Assembly (NCBI GenBank): GCA_045588325.1
Contig: JAZNEA010000104.1
Location: 1,560 to 65,559 of the forward strand
Reading direction: 5' to 3'
Length of the DNA stretch: 64,000 bases
From: Clostridia bacterium
Lineage (GTDB): Bacteria; Bacillota; Clostridia; RGIG7378
Both the position numbers and the translations under genes were made by a program. The notes below the pieces were generated by a model, which saw only the letters and a program-made list of their open reading frames with translations, did not search any database and had not been told where the DNA came from. Positions 1 through 8,930 of the stretch are shown here, piece by piece. Numbering within the stretch: position 1 is the first letter of the stretch; the number at the start of each line of letters is the position of its first letter.

Positions 1-767
<767 letters not shown>

Positions 768-771
768 TCAG

Positions 772-1356
772 TTAGTTTGCAACCTTGACCATGCTGTGTC
801 GGATTACTCTGTCACCCAGCATATAGCCCTTTTGGAATTCCTCCACCACTGTGTTATCCCCTACCGAATCATCCTCAACGTGCATTACCGCGTTATGAAT
901 GTTGGGATCGAACTCCTTGCCTATGGCCTCAATCTCTATGACGCCAGCCTTTGTCAGCACCTCTTTGAACTGCCTGACAACCATCTTGACACCCTCGTGA
1001 TACTGTTTCGCCTCAGGTGATTCAGGCTCTGCCGCCATGGCTCTGTCCAGATTGTCCAGCACAGGGAGAATCTTCTCCACTGCATCTGCCTTGCCGTCCC
1101 CGTACATCATCTCCTTTTCTTTGGTGGTGCGACGACGGTAATTGTCATACTCAGCGGCAAGCCTTAACAATTTGTCATTGGCCTCTGCCAGCTCTTTTTC
1201 CTTTGCGGCCAGCTTTTCCTCCAGGTCTGCAACCTGCTTAGCCAGCTTGCGGTCTACCTTTTCCTTCTTAGAGGTGGCCTTTTCGGCTGGTTCCTGTACT
1301 TCCTGAGGCTGTGCATCCTCTGGAACTACAGTGTCCTTAATGTTCTCTTCGCTCAT
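772..1356 (-). CDS. grpE: Nucleotide exchange factor GrpE
   Basis: 194-aa ORF with acidic coiled-coil N-terminus and GrpE-like C-terminal region (…YDNYRRRTTKE…). Sits between hrcA and dnaK. Confidence 0.9.
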   Translation of the reverse strand: MSEENIKDTVVPEDAQPQEVQEPAEKATSKKEKVDRKLAKQVADLEEKLAAKEKELAEANDKLLRLAAEYDNYRRRTTKEKEMMYGDGKADAVEKILPVLDNLDRAMAAEPESPEAKQYHEGVKMVVRQFKEVLTKAGVIEIEAIGKEFDPNIHNAVMHVEDDSVGDNTVVEEFQKGYMLGDRVIRHSMVKVAN

Positions 1357-2429
1357 TCCTTATCTCCCTCTGTCTGAATCTTAGTTTCTGGATTAAGACT
1401 CTTAATATTCCTGCGATTCATGACGGATTTCATATCCTTTAGTACCGAAACCACCCTGGCGTAGTCCATTCTCTTGGGGCCGATGACTCCGATAAGAACT
1501 CGATGGGATGAATCCACATCATATGTGCTGGCTACAATGGAGCAATCCTGCATCTTCTCGTCTTGGTTCTCGCTGCCGATGCTCACATACAGATCCTGCT
1601 CCTGACCCTGCTCCATGTGTGTAACTACGTCGCTGATAAAGCCCTTTTCCTCCAACATGCCGATGAGCTCCTTGGCTCTGGCAGAGTCGCTGAACTCCGG
1701 ATACTCTAAAACGTTCTTGGCACCATCAGTATATGTCCTACGCTCTTCATTTCTGCGTCTGGACTCCACAATTCCCTGCAAAACTGGCAGGAGTATGTCC
1801 GTCCTGATGCCATCCATCTTGCTAAGGGTGTTAGCCAGCGCCACGTCGATGGAGGATATCTCCAGTCCGTGGAGTTTTGACGAAAGGGTCTTAGCCACCT
1901 TGTCTACCTGCTCCTGGGTTGCGTCACTGGGGATAATGATTATCCTGTTGTGAATGCTGCCACCCTCTGTGGTTACCACCACCATGGCCTTCTCCACCTC
2001 AACCAGGAACAGCTGAACATTCTTGATTATCTCCATATCCTCGTCCATCTTGGCGGTAGCAACGATGGGATATCCGGTAATCTGGGACAGCAGCCTGGTG
2101 GCTCTCTGGAGCATGTAACTCAGCTCATCGATCTTAGATTGGAGAATCTCTGTCATGGCTGCCAGGCCCTCCTGGTCGTCAAACTGTCTGGGGCTCATAA
2201 GCGAGTCTACGTACAGCCTATAGCCTCTGTCGGAGGGGACGCGTCCTGCAGATGTGTGTGGCTGCTCCAAATATCCCATCTCCTCCAGATCTGCCATCTC
2301 ATTGCGGATGGTGGCAGGTGACAGCTTGAGGTCCAGCTTCTTGGAAATATTACGGGATCCTACGGGCTCTCCAGTCTGGATGTACTCGTCTATAATGGCC
2401 TCTAATATCTTTAACTTTCTGTCGTCCAT
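1353..2429 (-). CDS. hrcA: Heat-inducible transcriptional repressor HrcA
   Basis: 358-aa ORF with HrcA N-terminal winged-helix signature (MDDRKLKILEAIIDEYIQTGEPVGSR). 4-bp overlap with grpE. CIRCE operator immediately upstream. Confidence 0.9.
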   Translation of the reverse strand: MDDRKLKILEAIIDEYIQTGEPVGSRNISKKLDLKLSPATIRNEMADLEEMGYLEQPHTSAGRVPSDRGYRLYVDSLMSPRQFDDQEGLAAMTEILQSKIDELSYMLQRATRLLSQITGYPIVATAKMDEDMEIIKNVQLFLVEVEKAMVVVTTEGGSIHNRIIIIPSDATQEQVDKVAKTLSSKLHGLEISSIDVALANTLSKMDGIRTDILLPVLQGIVESRRRNEERRTYTDGAKNVLEYPEFSDSARAKELIGMLEEKGFISDVVTHMEQGQEQDLYVSIGSENQDEKMQDCSIVASTYDVDSSHRVLIGVIGPKRMDYARVVSVLKDMKSVMNRRNIKSLNPETKIQTEGDKE

Positions 2430-2482
2430 TTAATCCTCCGATCTGTCAAAACCGGTCTTAAGTTCTCCTCTGTCTCTCTTTG

Positions 2483-2509
2483 TTAGCACTCACCTCTGTC
2501 GAGTGCTAA
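2483..2509 (-). promoter_or_regulatory. CIRCE operator (HrcA binding site) TTAGCACTC-N9-GAGTGCTAA
   Basis: Perfect inverted repeat ttagcactc acctctgtc gagtgctaa read directly in the sequence, in the leader upstream of hrcA. Confidence 0.85.
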
Positions 2510-2520
2510 TCACTGAGTAC

Positions 2521-2549
2521 ATCTTACTACCCCTGCGAAGTATTGTCAA
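2521..2549 (-). promoter_or_regulatory. Candidate sigma-A promoter of hrcA-grpE-dnaK (minus strand: -35 TTGACA, 17-nt spacer, -10 TAAGAT)
   Basis: Reverse complement of 2521-2549 reads TTGACAatacttcgcaggggtagTAAGAT, immediately 5' of CIRCE. Confidence 0.55.
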
Positions 2550-2719
2550 CATAGCCTTTTGCGAAATATTTATTATTTTGGGAGGCATATTTTGTGCAGT
2601 TTTCCGTAATACTATGCTTTCGAGGCCATATTATAAGTGCAAATATTAAAAATGGGGTTTTTTTGCTCAAAAGTTCTGTTATAATAAGCAGATAGAAAAG
2701 AAATACGAGGTGGATCTTT

Positions 2720-3886
2720 ATGCAAATTAAGTTAATAGATGGTGGCGTAGTGGCACCAGAGGGCTTTTTCGCCTCCGGTATGGCAACCGGTATTAAGCCA
2801 AATAATGTAAATGATTTCGCACTAGTTTGTTCTGACGATACAGCAGCAGCTGCTGGCGTATTTTCTTGCGCCAACGTTCGCAGCAATTCTATCAAGGTCG
2901 TTATGGATCATATTTCCAACGGCTATGCCAATGCAATCGTAGTTAACAGCGGCAACGCAAACGCATGTAACGGCCAGCAGGGTATTGCTGATGCTAAGCA
3001 TATTTGCTCCCTTGTAGCTGAGCAGTTGAGCTGCGATGCTGAGGATGTCCTGTTCCTCTCCACCGGAATTATGGGCAAGGCTCTTCCCATGGACAAGTTG
3101 ACCGCTTCCGTAGAGACACTTGTTGGCAACATGTCCGACAGTGGTAATTTGGATGCCATTGATTCTATCATGACATGCGACACACGCCGCAAGGAGTATG
3201 CCGCTGAGTTCAAGCTCCAGGATGAGGTTGTACGCGTTGGTGTTATGGTTAAGGGTTCAGGTATCTACTATCCTCTTATGGGAGGCATTACTGTTATCAT
3301 CACAACAGATGTTAACATTTCTAAGGCTCTCCTGCAGAAGTCTCTTGAGACTGTTGTTGCCAAGACATTTGCCAAGATTTCCGTAGACGGCAAGTTGGGC
3401 TGCTACGAGGCAGTTGTTGCACTTGCCAACGGCCAGGCAGACAACTCTGGCATCGTCGCCCAGGACAACGCATACGACAGCTTCACCAATGTTCTCCAGT
3501 ATCTTTGCTCCAACCTTTGCAAGGATTTGGTTAGAGACTGCGAGAGCGGCAAGTTTGTCGAGGTTACTGTTAAGAACGCAGCTACAGCAGAGCAGGCTCT
3601 TGAGCTGGCCAACGCAATTGCTGGATCCTCCGCATTCAAGGCAGATTTGTCAGAGGGTATTTGCGATGTCAGCAGCATTGTAAATGCAATCAATGGTTCT
3701 CAGTATGAGATTACAGACTCCATGCTGGACGTCTTCCTTGGTGATATACAGATCCTCAGAGGAGGCAGCGTTGCAGAATACGACGAGGAGGCCATGGCAG
3801 CTCTTCTTGCTAAGAACTCCATCGCACTTACAGTTATCACATCTACAGGCACATACACAGACAAGGTTCTGGCCAGCCTGTACTAA
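2720..3886 (+). CDS. argJ: ArgJ-family protein (glutamate N-acetyltransferase / ornithine acetyltransferase-like), atypical
   Basis: 388-aa ORF with the ArgJ-like block VVNSGNANACNGQQGIADA and a KGSG…TTD region. RBS GAGGTGG upstream, -10-like TATAAT at about 2680. The autoproteolytic ATML motif appears replaced (see findings). Confidence 0.75.
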   Translation: MQIKLIDGGVVAPEGFFASGMATGIKPNNVNDFALVCSDDTAAAAGVFSCANVRSNSIKVVMDHISNGYANAIVVNSGNANACNGQQGIADAKHICSLVAEQLSCDAEDVLFLSTGIMGKALPMDKLTASVETLVGNMSDSGNLDAIDSIMTCDTRRKEYAAEFKLQDEVVRVGVMVKGSGIYYPLMGGITVIITTDVNISKALLQKSLETVVAKTFAKISVDGKLGCYEAVVALANGQADNSGIVAQDNAYDSFTNVLQYLCSNLCKDLVRDCESGKFVEVTVKNAATAEQALELANAIAGSSAFKADLSEGICDVSSIVNAINGSQYEITDSMLDVFLGDIQILRGGSVAEYDEEAMAALLAKNSIALTVITSTGTYTDKVLASLY

Positions 3887-3912
3887 TACTGCATAGGGTA
3901 AGAGATATAACA

Positions 3913-3942
3913 AAAGCGTGACCGCCAGGCCACGCTTTTTTG
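3913..3942 (+). terminator. Candidate rho-independent terminator after argJ-like gene
   Basis: Short GCGTG…CACGC hairpin followed by TTTTTTGTTT. Confidence 0.45.
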
Positions 3943-3948
3943 TTTGCA

Positions 3949-3980
3949 AAAAGGCCACCATGTGAAAATGGTGGCCTGAG
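3949..3980 (-). terminator. Rho-independent terminator of the 4003-5925 gene (bidirectional hairpin)
   Basis: Perfect 9-bp stem GGCCACCAT/ATGGTGGCC with a 6-nt loop, followed by a U-run on the minus strand. Confidence 0.7.
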
Positions 3981-4002
3981 ATTTGATTTTGCTAAAAGCA
4001 GT

Positions 4003-5925
4003 TTACTTGTTGTTGTAGATAACCTCTACTCCGTCATAGACCTTAAGGCCCTTAACGTTAAGCTGATCTCCTCCAAAAATCTGATCGAAAGGAATTAGAT
4101 TCATGTGACTATCAACGCACTGTGAATGATCGTAATCAGCAGGGAGTCCATCATAACTATAACCGGGCTCAACACGCATGCCGCGTCCACCATTCAAACC
4201 AGGAGTAGGCTCGCAGTAATGATAATTTGCCCAATCACCATAGGTAACGGTTACATTGTTGCAAGTGATGTTGTATTGAGACATATCAGGATAATTAGAA
4301 CCGTCGATTGTAGTTGTCTTCGCCAAACGACCGATAATCATACCGCACATACGATAATTATAATAGTCGTAGGAAGCGGTACAGTCATTGTAAGCATCAA
4401 TACGGCAAGCAATATCTACGTTCTCAAAGTTGTAGGTTGCTCCAGGCTCTCCCTGTCCAACAATACCACCGATAGAGCTGTCAAAGGAGCCCCACAGACC
4501 TGCAAGAACACAATCTTCATCAATGGTAATATTCTTGAAGGTATAGTCGCCTGCACCCGACCAGCCAATAATACCGCCGTTACCGTTGTTGTAGGTTGCT
4601 GAAATGCTATCCTTGATGGTGATGTTTTCAAACACGCAGGTACCAGTAGCGCTGCCCGCAACGAAGGATGTGTCGCCACCCTCAATGTAGCTTTCACCAC
4701 CATTAAGAGTAAGGTTCTTAATGGTTGCGTTGTTCACTTTACCAAACAGGCCGTAGGATCCATAGTGGTCCCAGTCATATCCGAGATCCCAGCCATTTTG
4801 GTAAAGATTATAAATAGTCTTTCCATTACCATCAAAAGTTCCTTCAAAAGTTCCGTTCTTGGACTTATCACCGATCGGTCTAAACGTCAATGGATCGCCG
4901 TCAGCAGAGGGTGTAGTATCTTCGCAGTAAAGATCAAGACCTTTCATCAATGTGAAGGTAACGTCCTTAAATGTAGTGTCACCGGAAACAAGCTCAGCAA
5001 GACCTGCAAGCTGTTCTGCTGTGGTAATAGCATATTCAGTTTTAGGGGAAGCTGGGTCATACCAGGATGTGTCTGCTGTTCCATCCCATGTATCTACAGG
5101 ATCGACCAACAAGGGCTCAAACCATTCCTCTGCATTTTCCTCTGTGGTTCCAAAGCCTGCATCCAGAGCTACCTTTGCATTATCAAAACCATCTGCCTGA
5201 ACTGCCTGAGAAATAACAAGAATGTCGAGCATGCCGTCATCATTGCCATCTATTGCCTCCATATCTTCGTTGGTTGCAGTAGCTACTAAATAAACCTGGG
5301 CAAGGCTGGGATAAGAGGTATCGCCAGCGGGAAGAACGCCGTTCTCGTGTCTCCAGCTACCATCGCTGAGTTGTCCACCAGCATATACATACTCTATCAA
5401 ATAATAATTATTGCCGTTAATTGTGACGATGCCAATAGGATTCTTTGTCCAGGTTGAGTGGTAAGATGAACCAATCAAAGAGCCATCCGTGGAACCACAC
5501 TCGATAGCAACCAGCGTGCGGACGTAAGCATCGGTCCTACCCGTATTCTCAACAGTAACAAACTTATCCTGTGCATTGGGGTTACGGAACACATCCATGC
5601 CGCCATAGGAATCAACCTGTGACATTCTAACAGGGATGCTGTCCCAACCACCTGCACCGTGATTGCTAGGGTCAGTGGCAGGCAACAGTGCCTTATTCTG
5701 CTCAAAATCTTCCAGTACATAGCTGGTGCGATCGTCGATTTGGGCAGTCTTATATGTGCCGTCATCGTTTGTATCACGCTGATACTCATGCTGCTTAATC
5801 TTAACGTTCCCAAGTGTCATAACGTTGATGTCCTCTTCCTGATAGCTCAGATAGGCCAATGTGCCGCCAATAGACAGTGCAACTGTCAGTACGAATACCA
5901 GAGAAATTGTCAAAAACTTCTTCAT
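4003..5925 (-). CDS. Secreted 640-aa protein with SipW-cognate (TasA/camelysin-class) signal peptide and large beta-helix-like C-terminal region
   Basis: N-terminus MKKFLTISLVFVLTVALSIGGTLAYLSYQEE matches the GGTxAY[FL]S[DY] SipW-class signal motif. The body is Gly/Asn/Thr-rich with repeated N-I-T-I-K-like strands. RBS AAAGGATGG; terminator at 3949-3980. Confidence 0.75.
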   Translation of the reverse strand: MKKFLTISLVFVLTVALSIGGTLAYLSYQEEDINVMTLGNVKIKQHEYQRDTNDDGTYKTAQIDDRTSYVLEDFEQNKALLPATDPSNHGAGGWDSIPVRMSQVDSYGGMDVFRNPNAQDKFVTVENTGRTDAYVRTLVAIECGSTDGSLIGSSYHSTWTKNPIGIVTINGNNYYLIEYVYAGGQLSDGSWRHENGVLPAGDTSYPSLAQVYLVATATNEDMEAIDGNDDGMLDILVISQAVQADGFDNAKVALDAGFGTTEENAEEWFEPLLVDPVDTWDGTADTSWYDPASPKTEYAITTAEQLAGLAELVSGDTTFKDVTFTLMKGLDLYCEDTTPSADGDPLTFRPIGDKSKNGTFEGTFDGNGKTIYNLYQNGWDLGYDWDHYGSYGLFGKVNNATIKNLTLNGGESYIEGGDTSFVAGSATGTCVFENITIKDSISATYNNGNGGIIGWSGAGDYTFKNITIDEDCVLAGLWGSFDSSIGGIVGQGEPGATYNFENVDIACRIDAYNDCTASYDYYNYRMCGMIIGRLAKTTTIDGSNYPDMSQYNITCNNVTVTYGDWANYHYCEPTPGLNGGRGMRVEPGYSYDGLPADYDHSQCVDSHMNLIPFDQIFGGDQLNVKGLKVYDGVEVIYNNK

Positions 5926-6168
5926 CTTTTATTCCATCCTTTCTAAATTGCTAAAGGCTGCATTTCTCCCAACAAAACGTCAAAACCTGATGTCTTAAAA
6001 TGTAGTCGACAGTTAGATTTCTTCATCTCTTTTGCGACATTTGTTATGTGAGACGCAACACAAAGATTCCTTTGTATTATATTTTGTCGCATTTTAGATG
6101 TCAACTGTCTCATTCTAGAAAATTTATGATGTCCCTCAATTTGGTTAAAATACATTTAGAGGTTTTAT

Positions 6169-6417
6169 ATGACGATGAACAACTTTGACAATCTAGAACG
6201 TTATCGAGACTTAGGATGCGCCATCTCCTACTATAGAAAGCGCAAGAAACTCACTCAGGAGCAACTGTCTGAGCAAGTTGGTATCAGCCGACAGCATATG
6301 GGCGCTATCGAGGCCCCCAACATGGTTCGCGCTGTATCTTTGGATGTTCTTTTTAATATTGCTACTGTTTTAGAAATAGAGCCGTATGTTCTCCTAAAGT
6401 TCTCTCCTGAAAAATAG
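6169..6417 (+). CDS. XRE-family helix-turn-helix transcriptional regulator (82 aa)
   Basis: HTH_3-like core KLTQEQLSEQVGISRQHMGAIE. Divergent from the SipW-signal protein gene. Confidence 0.75.
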   Translation: MTMNNFDNLERYRDLGCAISYYRKRKKLTQEQLSEQVGISRQHMGAIEAPNMVRAVSLDVLFNIATVLEIEPYVLLKFSPEK

Positions 6418-6492
6418 GCGGTGCGCACTTCTGTGTACCTGAGTTTTGTTACGCCAAAATTGCTGTGGAGAACTCCGATTTTTAAAAAAATA

Positions 6493-6531
6493 AAGGAGAT
6501 GGATATTTAAGCTATCCATCTCCTTTTTATT
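6493..6531. terminator. Bidirectional intrinsic terminator between the XRE gene and clpE (convergent genes)
   Basis: aaaggagatggata…tatccatctccttt, a perfect 14-bp stem flanked by A-run and T-run. Confidence 0.8.
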
Positions 6532-6541
6532 TGTCTTAATA

Positions 6542-8863
6542 CTATTTGGCCTTTGTCTTAGCCTTAGGGGCGTTGGCTGACACCTTGATAACTATTGGCT
6601 CAGTGCCATCATAGTCCAGCAATAGATTATCTCCATCCTTAATGCTGCCCTCCAGATACATCCTAGCCATGCGCTCCTCCAGGTTGCGCTGGATGCTCCT
6701 CTTGATGGGACGAGCTCCAAATGCATCGTTGCGCTCATAATTGAGCAGGTATTCCTTAAGGCCGTCTGTGACGGAAATGACAATCTTCTTGTCCTGCAGA
6801 TCCTCTGCCAACATATTAATCTGCAAGTCCAGAATCTGTCTGAGTTCAGGCTCGGTAAGCTTATCGAACACTACAATGTCATCAACACGATTAAGGAACT
6901 CTGGTCTGAACAGATTCTTAAGCGCGGACTTAATGCGTGCCTCTGACCTGTCCGTAGTGTCGGAACCAAAACCAACATCTCCAACCTTAAGTGTAGTGCC
7001 TGCATTGGATGTCATAACTATGACAGTATTCTCAAAGTTGACAACTCTGCCCTGGCTATCTGTGAGTCTGCCATCGTCCAGAATCTGCAGCAAAATGTTG
7101 AATACGTCCTGATGGGCCTTCTCAATCTCGTCCAGCAAGATTACTGAGTAGGGTCTGCGTCGAATCTTCTCTGTCAGCTGTCCTGCCTCGTCATATCCCA
7201 CATATCCAGGAGGCGAACCAATCAGCTTAGAGGTCGTATGTTTCTCCATGAACTCAGACATATCCAGTCTGACCATGGCCTCCTCTGTACCAAAGAGCTC
7301 CTGAGTAAGAGCCTTAACCAGCTCTGTCTTACCAACTCCTGTAGGTCCCACAAAGATAAAGGATGCGGGGCGTTTCTTAGCTCTGAGTCCTGCTCTGCAC
7401 CTACGAATGGTAGAAGCAACTGCAGATATGGCCTTTTCCTGGCCAACGACTCTCTTATGCAGGCTCTCCTCTAACTTCAGGAGTCTGGCGCCCTCTTCCT
7501 CCGAAACCTTATTGATCGGGATGCCGGTCCACATCTCTATAACGCCAGCAACATCGTCGAATGTGACCTCAAAGCTATATGCCTCCTCAGCCAAGGCCTT
7601 AACCTTGTCTGCCAAAACACAGGCCTCCTGTCTCATCTGAGCCAGCTTTTCGTAATCTGGCTGAGACCTGGCCTCCTCAACTGCCACGGCTGCCTCTGCA
7701 TCTGCCAGCTTGTCGCTCATCTGATCCAGCTCCTGCAGCTTAACATTCTTGAGGTTGGCCCTGGATGCGGCCTCGTCCATAATGTCTATGGCCTTATCCG
7801 GAAGGAATCTATCTGTAACATATCTCTCTGAAAGGGACACCATCCTCTCCAACACATGGTCGGAAATAGTAACGCCGTGATACTTTTCGTAGTACGGACG
7901 TACCCCCTTCATAATCTCCACAGTATCTGCCATGCTGGGCTCATTGACCATAACGGGCTGGAATCTACGCTCCAGCGCACTGTCCTTTTCGATATGCTTG
8001 CGATACTCGTCAAGGGTGGTTGCACCGATAATGCGCAGTTCTCCTCTGGCCAGAACAGGCTTAAGGATATTGGCGGCATTCATAGCGCCCTCGGCATTGC
8101 CTGCCCCAACAATATTGTGGAGCTCGTCAATAACAAGGATAATGTTGCCACACTTAATTGCCTCGTCTACTACGCCCTTAATTCTGGACTCGAACTGTCC
8201 TCTGAACTGAGTACCAGCTACCATGCCAGTCATGTCCAACTGAATAATTTCGTAGTTCTTAAGTCTCTCAGGAACTCTGCCTTCAGCAATGGCAACCGCC
8301 AATCCCTCTGCAATGGCAGTCTTACCTACACCAGGCTCTCCGATGAGAACTGGGTTGTTCTTTTGTCTACGATTTAATATCTGGATAACCCTATCCAGCT
8401 CCTTGTCTCTGCCGACAATCTTGTCAATCTCGCCACGAGAAGCCTTGTTGGTCAAGTTGCTGCCATACGTCTCCAGGAACTTGTGCTTAACCTTTTTAGG
8501 CTCCTTACCCTCTGCGGCTCCGCGCTCGTCCTTATGCTCCGAGTTAGCCCTGGACTCCTCCTGGAGGCTCTCACTATCTCCCTGCTGCATGGCGCTGTTG
8601 AGTATCTCTTTGAGCATGGCTGGATCAGAAATCTTCTCCAGCATCTCCGGATCTGCATCCTTCATGCTGTCTGTCATCTGCTCACAGAACTCATCCACCT
8701 GGTCTGGGTCAATACCCAACTGCTTAATAACCGAATCTACCATGCCAAGATTCATCTTCTTGGCACAAGATAAACAGAGGAATTCCTGCTTAACTGCAGT
8801 ACCCTCTGACTTCATGATCTGAATCATGGCGACATTCTTTTTGCATTTAGAACACAATTGCAT
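6542..8863 (-). CDS. clpE: ATP-dependent Clp protease ATP-binding subunit, ClpE-type (N-terminal zinc ribbon, two AAA+ modules, ClpP-docking VGF loop)
   Basis: N-terminal CxxC…CxxC motifs (MQLCSKCKK…CLSCAKK). Two Walker A sites (GEPGVGKT, GPTGVGKT), UVR-like coiled coil, and a VGF tripeptide. The ATG at 8863 has RBS GAGAGGTG 6 nt upstream; the ORF track starts 9 nt earlier at a GTG. Confidence 0.85.
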   Translation of the reverse strand: MQLCSKCKKNVAMIQIMKSEGTAVKQEFLCLSCAKKMNLGMVDSVIKQLGIDPDQVDEFCEQMTDSMKDADPEMLEKISDPAMLKEILNSAMQQGDSESLQEESRANSEHKDERGAAEGKEPKKVKHKFLETYGSNLTNKASRGEIDKIVGRDKELDRVIQILNRRQKNNPVLIGEPGVGKTAIAEGLAVAIAEGRVPERLKNYEIIQLDMTGMVAGTQFRGQFESRIKGVVDEAIKCGNIILVIDELHNIVGAGNAEGAMNAANILKPVLARGELRIIGATTLDEYRKHIEKDSALERRFQPVMVNEPSMADTVEIMKGVRPYYEKYHGVTISDHVLERMVSLSERYVTDRFLPDKAIDIMDEAASRANLKNVKLQELDQMSDKLADAEAAVAVEEARSQPDYEKLAQMRQEACVLADKVKALAEEAYSFEVTFDDVAGVIEMWTGIPINKVSEEEGARLLKLEESLHKRVVGQEKAISAVASTIRRCRAGLRAKKRPASFIFVGPTGVGKTELVKALTQELFGTEEAMVRLDMSEFMEKHTTSKLIGSPPGYVGYDEAGQLTEKIRRRPYSVILLDEIEKAHQDVFNILLQILDDGRLTDSQGRVVNFENTVIVMTSNAGTTLKVGDVGFGSDTTDRSEARIKSALKNLFRPEFLNRVDDIVVFDKLTEPELRQILDLQINMLAEDLQDKKIVISVTDGLKEYLLNYERNDAFGARPIKRSIQRNLEERMARMYLEGSIKDGDNLLLDYDGTEPIVIKVSANAPKAKTKAK

Positions 8864-8888
8864 ATGTGTCACCTCTCTAACAATAGTA

Positions 8889-8930
8889 ATTTAAAATTAT
8901 ACTCCCTTGGACAGTGCTTTTGCAAGATAC
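8889..8930 (-). promoter_or_regulatory. Candidate clpE promoter embedded in the 3' end of uvrA (-35 TTGCAA, 18 nt, -10 TATAAT)
   Basis: The minus strand reads TTGCAAaagcactgtccaagggagTATAAT directly upstream of the clpE RBS. Confidence 0.45.

Noticed and set aside
1615-2321. Plus-strand ORFs 1615-1953 and 1950-2321 (and many similar 60-250-aa ORFs antisense to uvrA, clpE, topoisomerase, mutS, recG, NLR genes)
   Set aside because: They lie entirely antisense within well-supported long genes, lack RBSs and have low-complexity composition. These are typical shadow ORFs.
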